Part shown: positions 1 through 11,310 of the stretch, in pieces
Layout: each line of letters begins with the position of its first letter
Position numbering within the stretch: position 1 is the first letter of the stretch
The notes under the pieces: generated by a model
The model's input: the letters and a program-made list of their open reading frames with translations, nothing else
What the model was told of the DNA's origin: nothing
Database searches by the model: none
Assembly: GCA_013265495.1 (NCBI GenBank)
Contig: MU061579.1
Span: 2,167,319 to 2,231,318, forward strand
DNA: 64,000 bases
Source: Vicugna vicugna
Taxonomy: Eukaryota
Direction: 5' to 3'
Program-made: the position numbers and the translations under genes

Positions 1-264
1 GAACTGGGGAAAAGGACACTTTAGGAGTCTTTTTATGAAAGGCTTTGTGCTTCCGCTCACATATAGAAGAACCTCATCAGTCAGTTTCGTCATGAGTTAG
101 CACAGCATTCTAGTTCTGCATCACTTTGCCAGAAATTCAGTGAACAAATCAGCAGAGTACAGATCAGTCACTTCAAGGCAAGTTATTGACAGTACTGACC
201 ATCGTTAAGTATTTGATTGTTTGCTTTGCAATCTCTGTTTGGAGGAATTTAGATAGAAGAAAAT

Positions 265-410
265 GGAATCTAGAAGCAAACACCTGGATCCGAATCCACG
301 ACTGATACTCACTTGCTATAGTATCTTGGGTATGTCATCTAACATCTTGAAGCCTCAGTTTTTTCATCTCCTTCTATCCTATGGGAGGTCGTGAGGGCTC
401 AATGAAATAT
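265..410 (+). mobile_element. MIR SINE fragment
   Basis: Degenerate MIR core: acctggatccgaatcc...cttgggtatgtcatctaacatcttgaagcctcagtttttcatct...gtcgtgagggctcaatgaaat. Confidence 0.75.
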
Positions 411-939
411 GGTTTCTGAGGCTATTACTCATAGTGCTTAAAAATTTTACATTCTTTCTATAGGTTTCAGTGTACTGATTTGTTAAATTATTTTAATATT
501 TTAAAATTTATTTTTTAAGCCTAGTTTAATTACTAGCGTGTCCTAACACAAAAGATTCTGCGTTATACGTTAAGCATTTGGATTTCAATTTTTCCTTTTG
601 TGTGCATGTGCCTGTTCTATAAATTTCAGTAAGTAATTAGGTGTAGAAAAATATTTAAATTATAAATAATAGGAAGGAAATGAAATATTAGGGGTTTGTG
701 TAATTTGTTGAAGAACATGCTTTTTTTTCATCCTCATTGGCTTTTCTCTTCTGATACTCGTATTCATACCCTGGCGAAAGTAACTAGTCAGCAACTGCAT
801 TTTTCAGGACATTGCGGATTTTTGTTAAAGGACTTTTATTGTTTTGTTTTGTTTTGCTTTGCTTTTATACAGCGGCATGCATGCTATTTTGTTTTTGTTT
901 AATTTTCTGCTGTCTCGTCTGCATGGCAAAGAGCGTCTA

Positions 940-1451
940 AAAGACTCTTAATTAGTCTCCCTGCTTCTAACCCTGGCCCCTACAGCTGTCTATTTTTAAA
1001 ACTGCAGGCAGAGTAATTCTTATAAAATATAATTCAAATTACTCCTCTGTTCAGAAGCCTCCAGTGACTCCCTAGCTCACTTCAAGTTAAGGCCAAAAGC
1101 ATCAAGACCCTGCATGATCTGATTTCCTCACGTCTCCAAAGACATCTCTGACCACATTCCTCTCACTCTGTTGGCTTCAGCCACACTGGCCTCTTCCCTG
1201 TTCAAAGCCAGGTCCACTTCTTGCTCAGAATCTTTAAATCTGCTCTGCCTTCCGGGGTATTTCCTCCAGTCCCCACATAGCTCAAGTTTTACCTCCTTCT
1301 GGTCGTTTTAGCAGTGAGGACTTCCTGACCACTCTATTTCAAATAGCACCTTCCTCTTAGATCCCAAACACTCCCCACTTTTCTTCCCTTCCCCTCAGTC
1401 CTGCTTGGGATATGTATGCATGCATGTAAGTATGTACGTATATATGTTTAT

Positions 1452-1486
<35 letters not shown>

Positions 1487-1635
1487 AATACTTACCTATA
1501 TATTTGGCTTATTTCTTCCTCACTCATTAGAATGTAAGTTTCCTGAGTCTGGGAATTTGTGTGTGTGTATATGTGTGTTTCACTGCTGTATCCAAGCCAA
1601 GAGAAGGCACTCATTGGTATTTGTTGGGTCAAATA
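940..1635 (+). mobile_element. LINE-2 (L2) 3' end, interrupted by a (TG)n microsatellite
   Basis: L2 motifs in order: tagtctccctgcttc, ctccagtgactccc, aagaccctgcatgatctg, cagccacactggcctc, ttcctgaccactctatttcaaatagc, tagaatgtaagtttcctgag, ttcactgctgtatcc, tatttgttg. Confidence 0.85.
1454..1484. repeat. (TG)15 microsatellite
   Basis: Read directly. Confidence 0.98.
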
Positions 1636-4280
1636 GGGAAATTATTTACTGTTTCTGAGTCTCCATATCTCCACTTTCCATATCAACTCAAAAGAAGGCT
1701 TTGGGATCTACAGAGTAAGCCTTTTTTTCATGAGACGGAGCTGGCTGTTGTTAACTCTGAAACACCAGATGATTTCTTTCTGCGATGAAAGCACAGCCAT
1801 TTCCCTTTGAAGAGCACCCAACAATTCTAATGATCATAATTAACTCCATATATACATATGTGTAGCTAGATGACCATAGTAACCCTCAGACTTGCTTCAC
1901 AGAACTGGAAAATCAGGACTTCTTTATCGATAAAGATTTAAGGAAGGATCTGTCTAATGCCTCTATTTCAGACACGTCCAGTCTTCCTGGGAAAACTTGA
2001 GTTAGAATCTAGAACACGAGGTTCCCAAGGAAATGTTCTTTTCAATATATGCAACTTAGTGATCCCAGGAAACCAGCCCTGAAGGAACAACACGAGTAAA
2101 CAAACATGATGAGACCTGGAAACCAAAGGATTATTGGCAGGAAAGATTACAAAATAGAGACCGACAGTGGGATTCATAATCTTTTCTCTTTCCCTTATAC
2201 CTGTGGTTCTAAAACATAAATCTTGATTTCACTGTAATGATTCCTATTCCTAGCCATTTCTGGTTTCCATCTCCTGACTGGGAAGGGAAGGATACTTTCC
2301 AGAGTAAATCCATTCCTGTTGTCACAGGATGAGACAACAGTGGCTGAGCTGTGGTCCACAGAATGCAGAACATTGATGAGCTTTTTTTTTTTTTTTTCTC
2401 TTAAGATGGTGAGTTCCTTGTTGTCTGTGAGGGTACAGAGCCATGGTTCAAAATGGATGAGCTCTTTTAGAAATTTCCCATCATACAAAGACCTTCAACA
2501 TAAACTGCATCTTCTAGGGAAGAAAAACAGTATCAACAGGCTAAAAAGATGTGATGGGAACCTATTCCTGGCTTTCTGTGCTCCTCCCTTGAAATTAATA
2601 ATTTAACTGGTTAGGCAGAGCACTGCTGCTTTTTCTAGATCATTTAGATATGCCCTGATTTAAATGTGTTACATGAAGACTCTAACTGTCTATGTATTTT
2701 TAAAGTATATCTGTCTATCTATATATAGATATATATATAGTTTCCCATTCTCTTGGGATCTGATAATGTTTGGGTGGATTGTGTGATTAATTAAGTGCAG
2801 ATGGCTTTGTGCTTGTACAAGAATTTTACATTGTTAGGGGGAAACTGAATAGATAAAATTAAAAATAGACTCTGTTACCATTTTTCTAAGGACAAGTTGA
2901 ATGATTCATCTTCAGATTGTCTATCCCTGTCATTAACTTGATGAGTGTGTTATGTTATGATAGTTTCTTGAATAATTAAGTTCAAGTTGGTTATGAAATC
3001 ATTTGTTTGGTGAATTTTGCTCAGATAATTTTCAGCATGTAGAACTTTTCTCGAGGAGGCTATGGTGAATAAATTCCTGTAATCGGGCTTGACCGAAGAG
3101 CTCATCTATTTTTGAAAAGTAAATCGTCTAGAAAACTATTTTAAAGGTTTCTGGAAGGGATTGGCGATGAATATGGGTTAGTGGGGCCTCTTCCATCATC
3201 TTCCAAGAGCTTGGAGGAGATAGCTTCTCATAAACAAGTTCTGAATAAAGCCTGGATGAAGGCACACCCTTGCTGGATGAAGAGTAAATATGAAACATGT
3301 TCTGTCTTTTAAATGTTCTCCAAAAATGTGCTTAGCACCTTGAATTCTCATAAAACCAGTTATCAGAATGATTAACAGCATAAAAAAGTTGTGCAAAGGA
3401 GTTCTAATAGATCAAGACTGAACATTTCAGATAACACTCTTGGACTTTTTTCAGTTAAAAATTGTAGGTAGATTGATGATAGGAAAATTGTTTTGCTATT
3501 TAAAAAAAGTCACAGAATATGGAAAAAAGATAGAAAATAATATGAACACTTTCAAAACAGGCCCAAGTAGCAAAAGAAATAAGCCCTAGAAAAGCTATAA
3601 ATCCCTGGTTTATCTTTGTTTTCACCCTTTCGACTCAGGCACTTGAAAAAAAAATGAAAACAGTTCTTTTTGCCCTCTCTCAGAATATGTAAAAAGGGAC
3701 ATATCAATCCGACGGGGTAGTGTATTTGACTAGCATTTGCCTATGAAGCACCATACGAGTAGCAACGTGTGAAAGATGATAAATCATATTCAAATGAATT
3801 TAAAAATAGTGACATTCTGATGAGAAACTGAGCATATTACTTGTGGGAAAAAAAAACTTAAGTTAAGTAAACAACATTAGCTTTTTAGTTTTTTAAGGAA
3901 TAAAGAAGTTCTGAGAATATGTAGGTTATAGCCAATACACCAACACACCTTATGTAAAAACAACTATTGGAATATAAAATCTACAGTTCATCTAGGAACA
4001 AATGGGGTTGGGGGAGTGACACATTTTAATGCAAATGTGAATGTTACTTGGCATATTTGCAAAGACACAATAGACTACAGGGATTTACTGGAGATGACAC
4101 ATGGGGAAAATGCAAGATTTCTAAAAAGGACTTCAGTGAAGAAAACTCGGGAGATTATTACTGAGTTCTGCAGGATATTTTAAGCATGGGTTCGCCTCAC
4201 AACTGAATGATTTTCTATGCCTCATTTCAAAATGTTGGCCCCATGGCTTAACTTTTGATGTTACAGCATCATCACAATAT

Positions 4281-4505
4281 ACATTTCTTGAGCACTTAAC
4301 ATAAGCCAAGCATTTGTCCTAAGGTCTTATGAATTGTCACAGTGACTTTGTGAGATAGGGACTGTGAATTTAATCCATTTTACAGGTGAGGAAACTAAGG
4401 GTTCCAGAGGGTAAGTAACTTGCCTTGTGACCTTGTAGCTAGTAAAGGCAGCACTGGATTCAAACTTCAGTCTGTCTGGTTCTAAAGGCCACGTCTTTAC
4501 CACCG
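4281..4505 (-). mobile_element. MIR SINE, near full length
   Basis: Antisense MIR core ccattttacaggtgaggaaactaagg...gtaagtaacttgcc...gctagtaaaggcagcactggattcaaac...gtctgtctg. Confidence 0.9.
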
Positions 4506-7500
4506 TGTCTACATTCCCTCTGCAGATACATTCTCAGCCAAGTACTGGTCCAAAATAAGAGTTTCATCCATTTCTTTGTGTTTGAAGGCTTCCAGAAGAC
4601 TGATATCATGCAGAGGAAAGAGGTCGGCCCCTTTCAGATATCAGAGGAAAAGGGGATTGCTGTTCCCATGTGGGCTTAAGATATTTGGTGTGTCTCTAGC
4701 TTGGCACCATGTTCAGAAAATACAAATGTGGCTAAACTGGATCTGAGATAAAGCGAGTAACTGTGGCCTTCTCAAGGTCTCACTCAGATGCTGGGCAGAG
4801 ATCTCTCGCCCTGTCTACTCAAGTTTTCCTACGCTTACCCTGGCCTGAAGTAGTTGTAAGGGAGCACTGTCTACTGCAAATGCACTTGTCTTCTTAAACA
4901 AAGAGATACCTTTGCTCCTGCATGGATTTCCTTCATAATCTCCAGTGACAAATGGCCTATGTTTACGGAGGCCCAGGATTTCCCGTGCATTGGTGCTGTG
5001 TGCGTGAAGGAATTGCCAGCATTTGAAACTTTTAATTTAAACCCAGACCCATCCTTCTGCATACAATTGTATTGTGTCTAGGAATATTCAGTTGAGATGG
5101 CTTCTGCATACTGATGTAACCAGAATAGAAACAGTGGGAAGGATAAAATGTGTATCCCAGAGGCACTGTTCTGAACCTTCTGAGCTATGTTCCCCGATGC
5201 TCAGTTTTTATTAACGGTTAAATTAAGAGTCAGATAAATTGAGTTAAGCCCCATCACAGAGCAGCACAGTAACCAGCGATAGCAAAGGATCAGTATCTCA
5301 GATATTGGCTGATAACACAGAAAGTTCTTAAAGGGCAGGCCAGTAATCCGAGCGTTGCCTCCGTCTCCCAGCCATGATTAATTAAACTCCTTGGTAGTGA
5401 GGGCACAGAAGGACCCCACCCCAACCCCCAACTTAAGCAAATCTATTTTCAAAGTGCACCTGCTTTTACATTTATTTGCAGGAATCCTCTGTTGTTTAAT
5501 TTCATTCTTACTCAGAATAATGAGTACATTTGAAGCCGTGCTTAATGGAGGGCTGGCTACTGGGACGGATTCACAGTGCAGGCCAGTGCATGCTAGGTTT
5601 GGAATGTCATACGCCACGTCCAGGAACATTTTCTCATTCTTGTGTTGCATTAAACAGCCACAGCCTGGCCCAGACTATCAGTGGGCTTTGGAAAAGTTCA
5701 GGTGTTCTGTTTTCATCTTTTGTTTGTGTTTTTTTCCTGGCTGATAAATGGTCCTGTATGCCTTAAATAGCTGTTTTACATTCCTATGAGAATATCGTGT
5801 GCCTTTTAATGAATCCATCTTGGTTTACTTATATTGCGATTCCACCCCTCTTCATATTAAAAGTTTATATTTTTCTGTTAGATGTTTCGAATAGGTAGCT
5901 TTTAAAGCATCGGTGCTCCTTGTGGTCACTGCACGAGGACTGTCCTTAGTTGAAGAATGCAACTGTGGGGGGTGTTGGTGAGCAAAGGACCATCTAGATG
6001 AGGTTTTAGGACCCTGGCATTACTCCTAGACCAGCTCCCAGTTTTCTAGAGAACCCGTTTGACCCTAAGTCTTCCAGGGGTAACAAGCACTTAGAAATTA
6101 TGTGAAGAATCCCTTCCCTTTTAAAAGCGACAGGATCCTTTTCACGCATTATCCTTCTCTTCATTTGTAGAGTTTCTCATTGTATATTTGAATTAGAAGA
6201 ATAGAGAAAACTAAACAGCAAAGATAAAAGCCTTAGAGCTTGGATGTAGTAACAGACAAGAGTACAGGCATTACTGGAAATAAAATGATATTCATATAGT
6301 GAAGGGTTCAGTTGTAGTGTGTGCTGTTTATAATAAATTAAGACATGGAGATCATCCTGTGCAAGCTTTGGGGCACACTTTTATTTCCTAGATTTGATGA
6401 CCTGGTTCACCAAACTTTCAGCTGATAAAGATATGGAGGCATGATCAGATACCCCGATTTATCTTTGTGTTGTTGTTGGTACCTTCTTATCCCTCTCACT
6501 CTGGTGCTCCTGTCCTTTGGTGTTTTTCATGGCCTGACATGCAGCTGTAATGGTTCTATTAGCTGCTGCAAATGTGCTGAGCTTGCTTTTTGAAGCGAGC
6601 CTGTCGTCACCGGCGCTTTTCTGCAGTTCCTTGTTAGTACGTGCCCTTTTCTGACTGGGCACGAGCCATCACCTAGAATTAAACGTTTTCTGCTAGACCT
6701 GTCCTTGCTGTGTGCAAAATGATTATAGTCCATTGTACCACCTCCTTGCTGACAACCATACTGCTGAGATTACAAGAAAGTCCCTGCAAATTTAAATAGG
6801 ATGTTTCCTGGGTGGATGGGAGGCTTTGATAACGAGAACTGTTTGACAAAATGCCTTTCAGAGACAGAATGTGAACGAGGCTTCCTTGCAATCCTATCAT
6901 TGAAACGCCTGATTCTTATTAGATTGATAACATCAGGAGCTAGAACCTTGGTGTTTAGAGTAGTTGAAAATCTAACATCCTCGAATGATCCCAGAACAGG
7001 ACAGGTTAACTCAGTACAGGTCTGAGAATGCTGTCTCTGCAGAATGGAAAACACCCAGCCCACGAAGAGAATTTCCAGTTTCTCTAATTTTAGGGTTACC
7101 ATTTACATCTCACTCCGAATGTGCTTTTTTCTTGTTTCGCTCAGCAAAAGCAGTTTCCTTTCATCCTTCAGCAAATTTGGAGTAAGGAACTCAGAATCTC
7201 AAGAGGCCAGTAAGTTTGGAGGATTTGAGAGAAGTATCAGTCATAGCAAAGGCAGAACCCCTCCTGACGGCTGTCTGTCTGATAGAATGTAAAGGAAATG
7301 CGGTTTCTTTTTTTCCCTTCCTTCATATTCTGGGAAATGTTTCTCATTAAGCCTTTCTTCGTGATGACTTTAGAAGTCTTCATTATCTTTTGTTTAAGTC
7401 CTTGCCCACCAAGGGTAGCCTGTGTATGTTGTCCCTCCATTCCAAAGAGGGGACAAAATGGCACTCCACGCTCTGAAATCAGATTTAAATTTCTCCTGAG

Positions 7501-7689
7501 AAACTTCAGATCTGTGGTGGTGGTATTTTGCTGAAAGGATCGTGAAGGCAATTTAAAGACTTTTTTTTTCCTAAAAAAAAAACCGAATAACCAGAAATGC
7601 TGGACACCTTCTGCCTATGGATGGTCTACCTTGACTTTGTGATTAAGAGAGGAAGCTCCCCATATCTACCACAACCAGGTAGTAGAGGT

Positions 7690-8325
7690 ACATGCAGAAA
7701 GTTACTGAGGGACACAGAAGTGAGGCACTGCTTGCCCCAGGGGAAGGATCTGCTCCAGAGAGGAAAGAGTATTTGATCATGACCTTGAGTAAAATTGTAT
7801 TAGGCAGAGAAGGAACAAACACCACAAACACCGTTTCGGAGCATGGAAATGGGTGTGGGCTGTGAATGTTCTGTTGTGACTGGAGAAGTGGAAGCCTAGG
7901 GGGGAGCACTACTGCACAGGGAAAGACACTGAGTGGCGTGGAGCTATGTGAATACCGTGAGGAGGTGATCTAATTGTATCCTGTAGGAAACGGGAAGTTA
8001 TCCCTGGTTTATAAAGAGTAATGATCTGAGATTTGTATTGCAGGAAGATAATTCTGGCACCAGATAGATTGGGAGGACTAGAGTCAGTGGCATAGAGACT
8101 GGAGTAGGGTCTAGGAGACAGGTGAGGAGGAACCTAGCAAAGCAAATGGCAGTGGTGAAGGAGGGACAGAGAGACATGCAAGTCAGCTGTAAAGATGAAT
8201 GGACGGAGCTTGATGAATGCATGTGGATGGGGTGCGTTCATGAGGGCAGGGATGTAAAGGTTATTCTGTGTCTCCTATCTTGGACAATGGAGTAGATGGC
8301 GTTGCTGATAACTGAGATGAAGGGT
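7690..8325 (-). mobile_element. Old L2 fragment
   Basis: Purine-rich antisense L2 pattern: gagatttgtattgcaggaagataattctggc, ggcagtggtgaaggaggga, ttggacaatggagtagatggcgttgctgataactgagatg. Confidence 0.65.
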
Positions 8326-9164
8326 ACCCCCTAGGACACTAGGTCATGTCACCAGTGCGTTTCCTTCACCCTCTACTGCTTCAGCCTTGTTGAATCATGT
8401 CTTGGTTTATGGACAAGGCATGTTAGCCACGTGATTCATTTTGCATTGTGGACTTTGAGAGTCTATGGCATGAACCCCCAAATTATCAACAATACTGGGT
8501 TTTGGTGTAACATCATACCATTTCTCATTTGCACTTTACGGGTTATTTTTATAGAACTAAACTTTCATCTTGTTTCTTGTGTTTTGTTTTTCTTCTCAGC
8601 TGTCAATTCTCCTCCGTTAGTGTACTGCCCATGAACCTTTAGGAATCCTAAGCTAGATCAATGCCACATTAAAATTTAAGGAACTACTTCATCAAAACCA
8701 CATGCTTCATTTCCTGAGAACTGTCAGCAAGCCAGGAAAAAGAAAACATGTCAGATCTGTATTGTTATTGGTGCCTCTCGCTTAACCACTGCTGTGCCCT
8801 TATGGTGGTCCTGAGTAGCTGCCTCTGTAAAAATTCAGAGATTGCTTGCGGCCACAACAAGGAAAGAGTCAAAACTTCATTAGGGAGTTTTGAGAAAGAG
8901 CTACAGTGGTTTAAGTGCTTAAGTCCTTGAATCGTTGTGAACATATCCAAAGATATTAATATGTTTTTGTATGGCTATTTTTCCCCCTTTTTGAAAAAAT
9001 TCTAGAAGGGCAGGGCAGACTAGGCCAAGCATTGACTGGCTTTTTAGATTAATGTTTAATATGATGGGGTGGCTGCCTGGACCTGAGAGTCGGGAATATG
9101 CCTTGGGTAAGTGTAGAATTTTCCTGCAAATCTGGCTTCCGGTTTGTGTCTGGCTAGAAAAGCT

Positions 9165-9248
9165 ATTCTTTTCTTTCCTCTTCCATCCTTTCTTCTTTCC
9201 ACCCACCCTCCCTCTCTCCTTCCATCCTTCTTTCCTTCCTTCCCTTCA
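9165..9248. repeat. CT-rich low-complexity tract with CCTT-like units
   Basis: Read directly. Confidence 0.85.
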
Positions 9249-9390
9249 AGCATTATTGCTGAGTCCTTCTCAACACTCATGCCCCAAAGCAGGCTTCTCT
9301 CTTAGCTGACCACTCTTTACAGCCTCATGGCCAGTCTTAAGTTTGCCTGCATTTGATAAACTCATTAAAGCCATGATGGCGCTGTAATTT

Positions 9391-9441
9391 CCTCCTCCCT
9401 CCCTCCCTCCCTCCCTCCCCCTCTTTCTTTCTTTCTTTTTT

Positions 9442-9493
<52 letters not shown>

Positions 9494-9530
9494 TTTTCTT
9501 TCTCTTTCTCTGTTTCCCTGTTTCTTTCTT
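9391..9530. repeat. Compound (CCCT)n/(CTTT)n tetranucleotide microsatellite
   Basis: Read directly; almost pure pyrimidine for about 140 bp. It produces the KKERKKER and EGGR low-complexity minus-strand ORFs. Confidence 0.97.
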
Positions 9531-10329
9531 CGACCTGTACTGAGTTTAGAATCATAAATATTTATTGTGGAATTTGTGGAAGGGAAATACAAATGACAGA
9601 AGTTCGGTGTATTGTGTCTTACTACAGTTGGGATTCTCTGGGACAAGGATAATATACATAAATAAAACAAATGCACTGAACTTTGAGACAGACTTGGAAC
9701 AGAGCCTCGTAGGAGTAAATGTACGCTTTTTAAAAAATGCATCACAGTAATACAGTTTGTCAATAATCCATCATTAGTGCAACCGGGCCTCTAGCATATC
9801 TGGTATATTAAAAGCCATTCCGGAGCTTTTTCCCGGCATGCTCCTCTTAGGGCAGTGTTGATCTGTAGCATCTCACTTGGAAATAAGAACCAGGAAGTTT
9901 CTTTTTTTGGCCCTGTACCCAGAAATTGATGCACCCCCTCCAAGAATACCTAGATCATCCAATGTTGCAGACCGTGACACTTAGAAGAGGCTATCATCTG
10001 AGAATTCTTAGAGATACTTTTATTTGGTTATTAATTATTCTCAGGAAAGTTTGATTTTCAGCTTGACTTCCCAGTGCAACTCTATATTTTACTCTTATGT
10101 GCCCCACCTCTAATTCTCAAATTGTATGTAAACAATGCAAATACATTTCTACTTTAGAATTAGAAAGACAAAAATGCAAAGAAAACTCATGGGTCTAACC
10201 CAAGTAAAGTTGTAGCTAGACTTCATTTACACATTTATTGGAGAAAGTCTGACAAGCAATTTACACATTCACTCTGTGGTGCTTGCTTTGTGCTCACTAT
10301 TATTTGGTTTTATGTACTCCTCCTCACCA

Positions 10330-10470
10330 TTTAGTAAGCAAGTGCCGGAATCCCCATGTGAAAGCAAAGGCAACTGAGGCTCATGGAGATTAAAGAACTT
10401 TTTCCAGAGCTCACAGGTAGTACCACGAACAGTCGTGGAATTGAGGCACAAACTCAAATCTGTAAAGACT
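10330..10470 (-). mobile_element. MIR SINE fragment
   Basis: atccccatgtgaaagcaaaggcaactgaggctcatggagattaaagaactttttccagagctcacag. Confidence 0.7.
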
Positions 10471-10949
10471 GAAATACTCATTTTTCAAAAAGTACAAAAT
10501 TATGCATTCAGGATTTGCAGGGCATTTTTTAAGGAATACTTTTGGGGATGGTTAAGTACAGAAAGAGTGGTCATTGAATACTCAGAAATAAAAAAAAGGA
10601 TAATTAAACTGGATGGGTATTTGTATCTTGAGGCATAAAATAGTCAGTGCATATCTGTTACATTTTTAAAGTTAAAACATTATCCCTTGCATTATCCTCA
10701 CAAAGGCATCAATCTATACAGTCATTCATGCATCTTGTGCACATCTGCAGTGTACAGATCAGTGCAGAACTGTCCTAGAGGAGAAGAAAGACTATGTGAC
10801 AGAATGTGGTTTGTATTTTCAAGAAGCCCGCAATCTAGGGTGTGTACAGGTATACATTCTGGAAAGTTCTTAGAGAAGGTGTTCAGGATCAAGTTGCTGA
10901 AGGAACAACCCACGCACATTTTAGTGACGTGACAGAGCCCTGTTGTCAA

Positions 10950-11310
10950 GAATGGTTAATGATGTAGGCTTAAGAATGAAACTGCTGGTGTCTAAAGTCC
11001 AGCTTCACCACTTACGAGCTCATGATGCTTGGGAGCTCCTTAATCTATCTCTGCTTCCATTGCTTCATGTGTAAAATGAGAAGAACAAACATAACCTATT
11101 TCATTCATCTCTTTGACAAAACTCTGACTTGTATCGCATTTTCTACATGCTGCACAGTGACCGAAGCACTTTACAAACAATAAGTTGTTGAGTTCTCAGA
11201 ACTAGGTGGCTACTGTTATTGTTAAATTGAGAGAATAAAAGGCGTTGATGTGTATAAAGTATTTAGAGCTATGGCTGGCGCTAAGTAAGTACACCCTCAG
11301 TAAATGCAGC
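10950..11310. mobile_element. Cluster of MIR fragments (plus 10950-11105, minus about 11130-11220, plus tail about 11225-11310)
   Basis: ccagcttcaccacttacgagct...cttcatgtgtaaaatgag; aagcactttacaaac; tgtgtataaagtatttagagctatggctggc...ctcagtaaatg. Confidence 0.65.

Noticed and set aside
9337..9763. Lys/Glu/Arg-rich ORFs (72 and 132 aa)
   Set aside because: They are translations of the (CTTT)n/(CCCT)n microsatellite.
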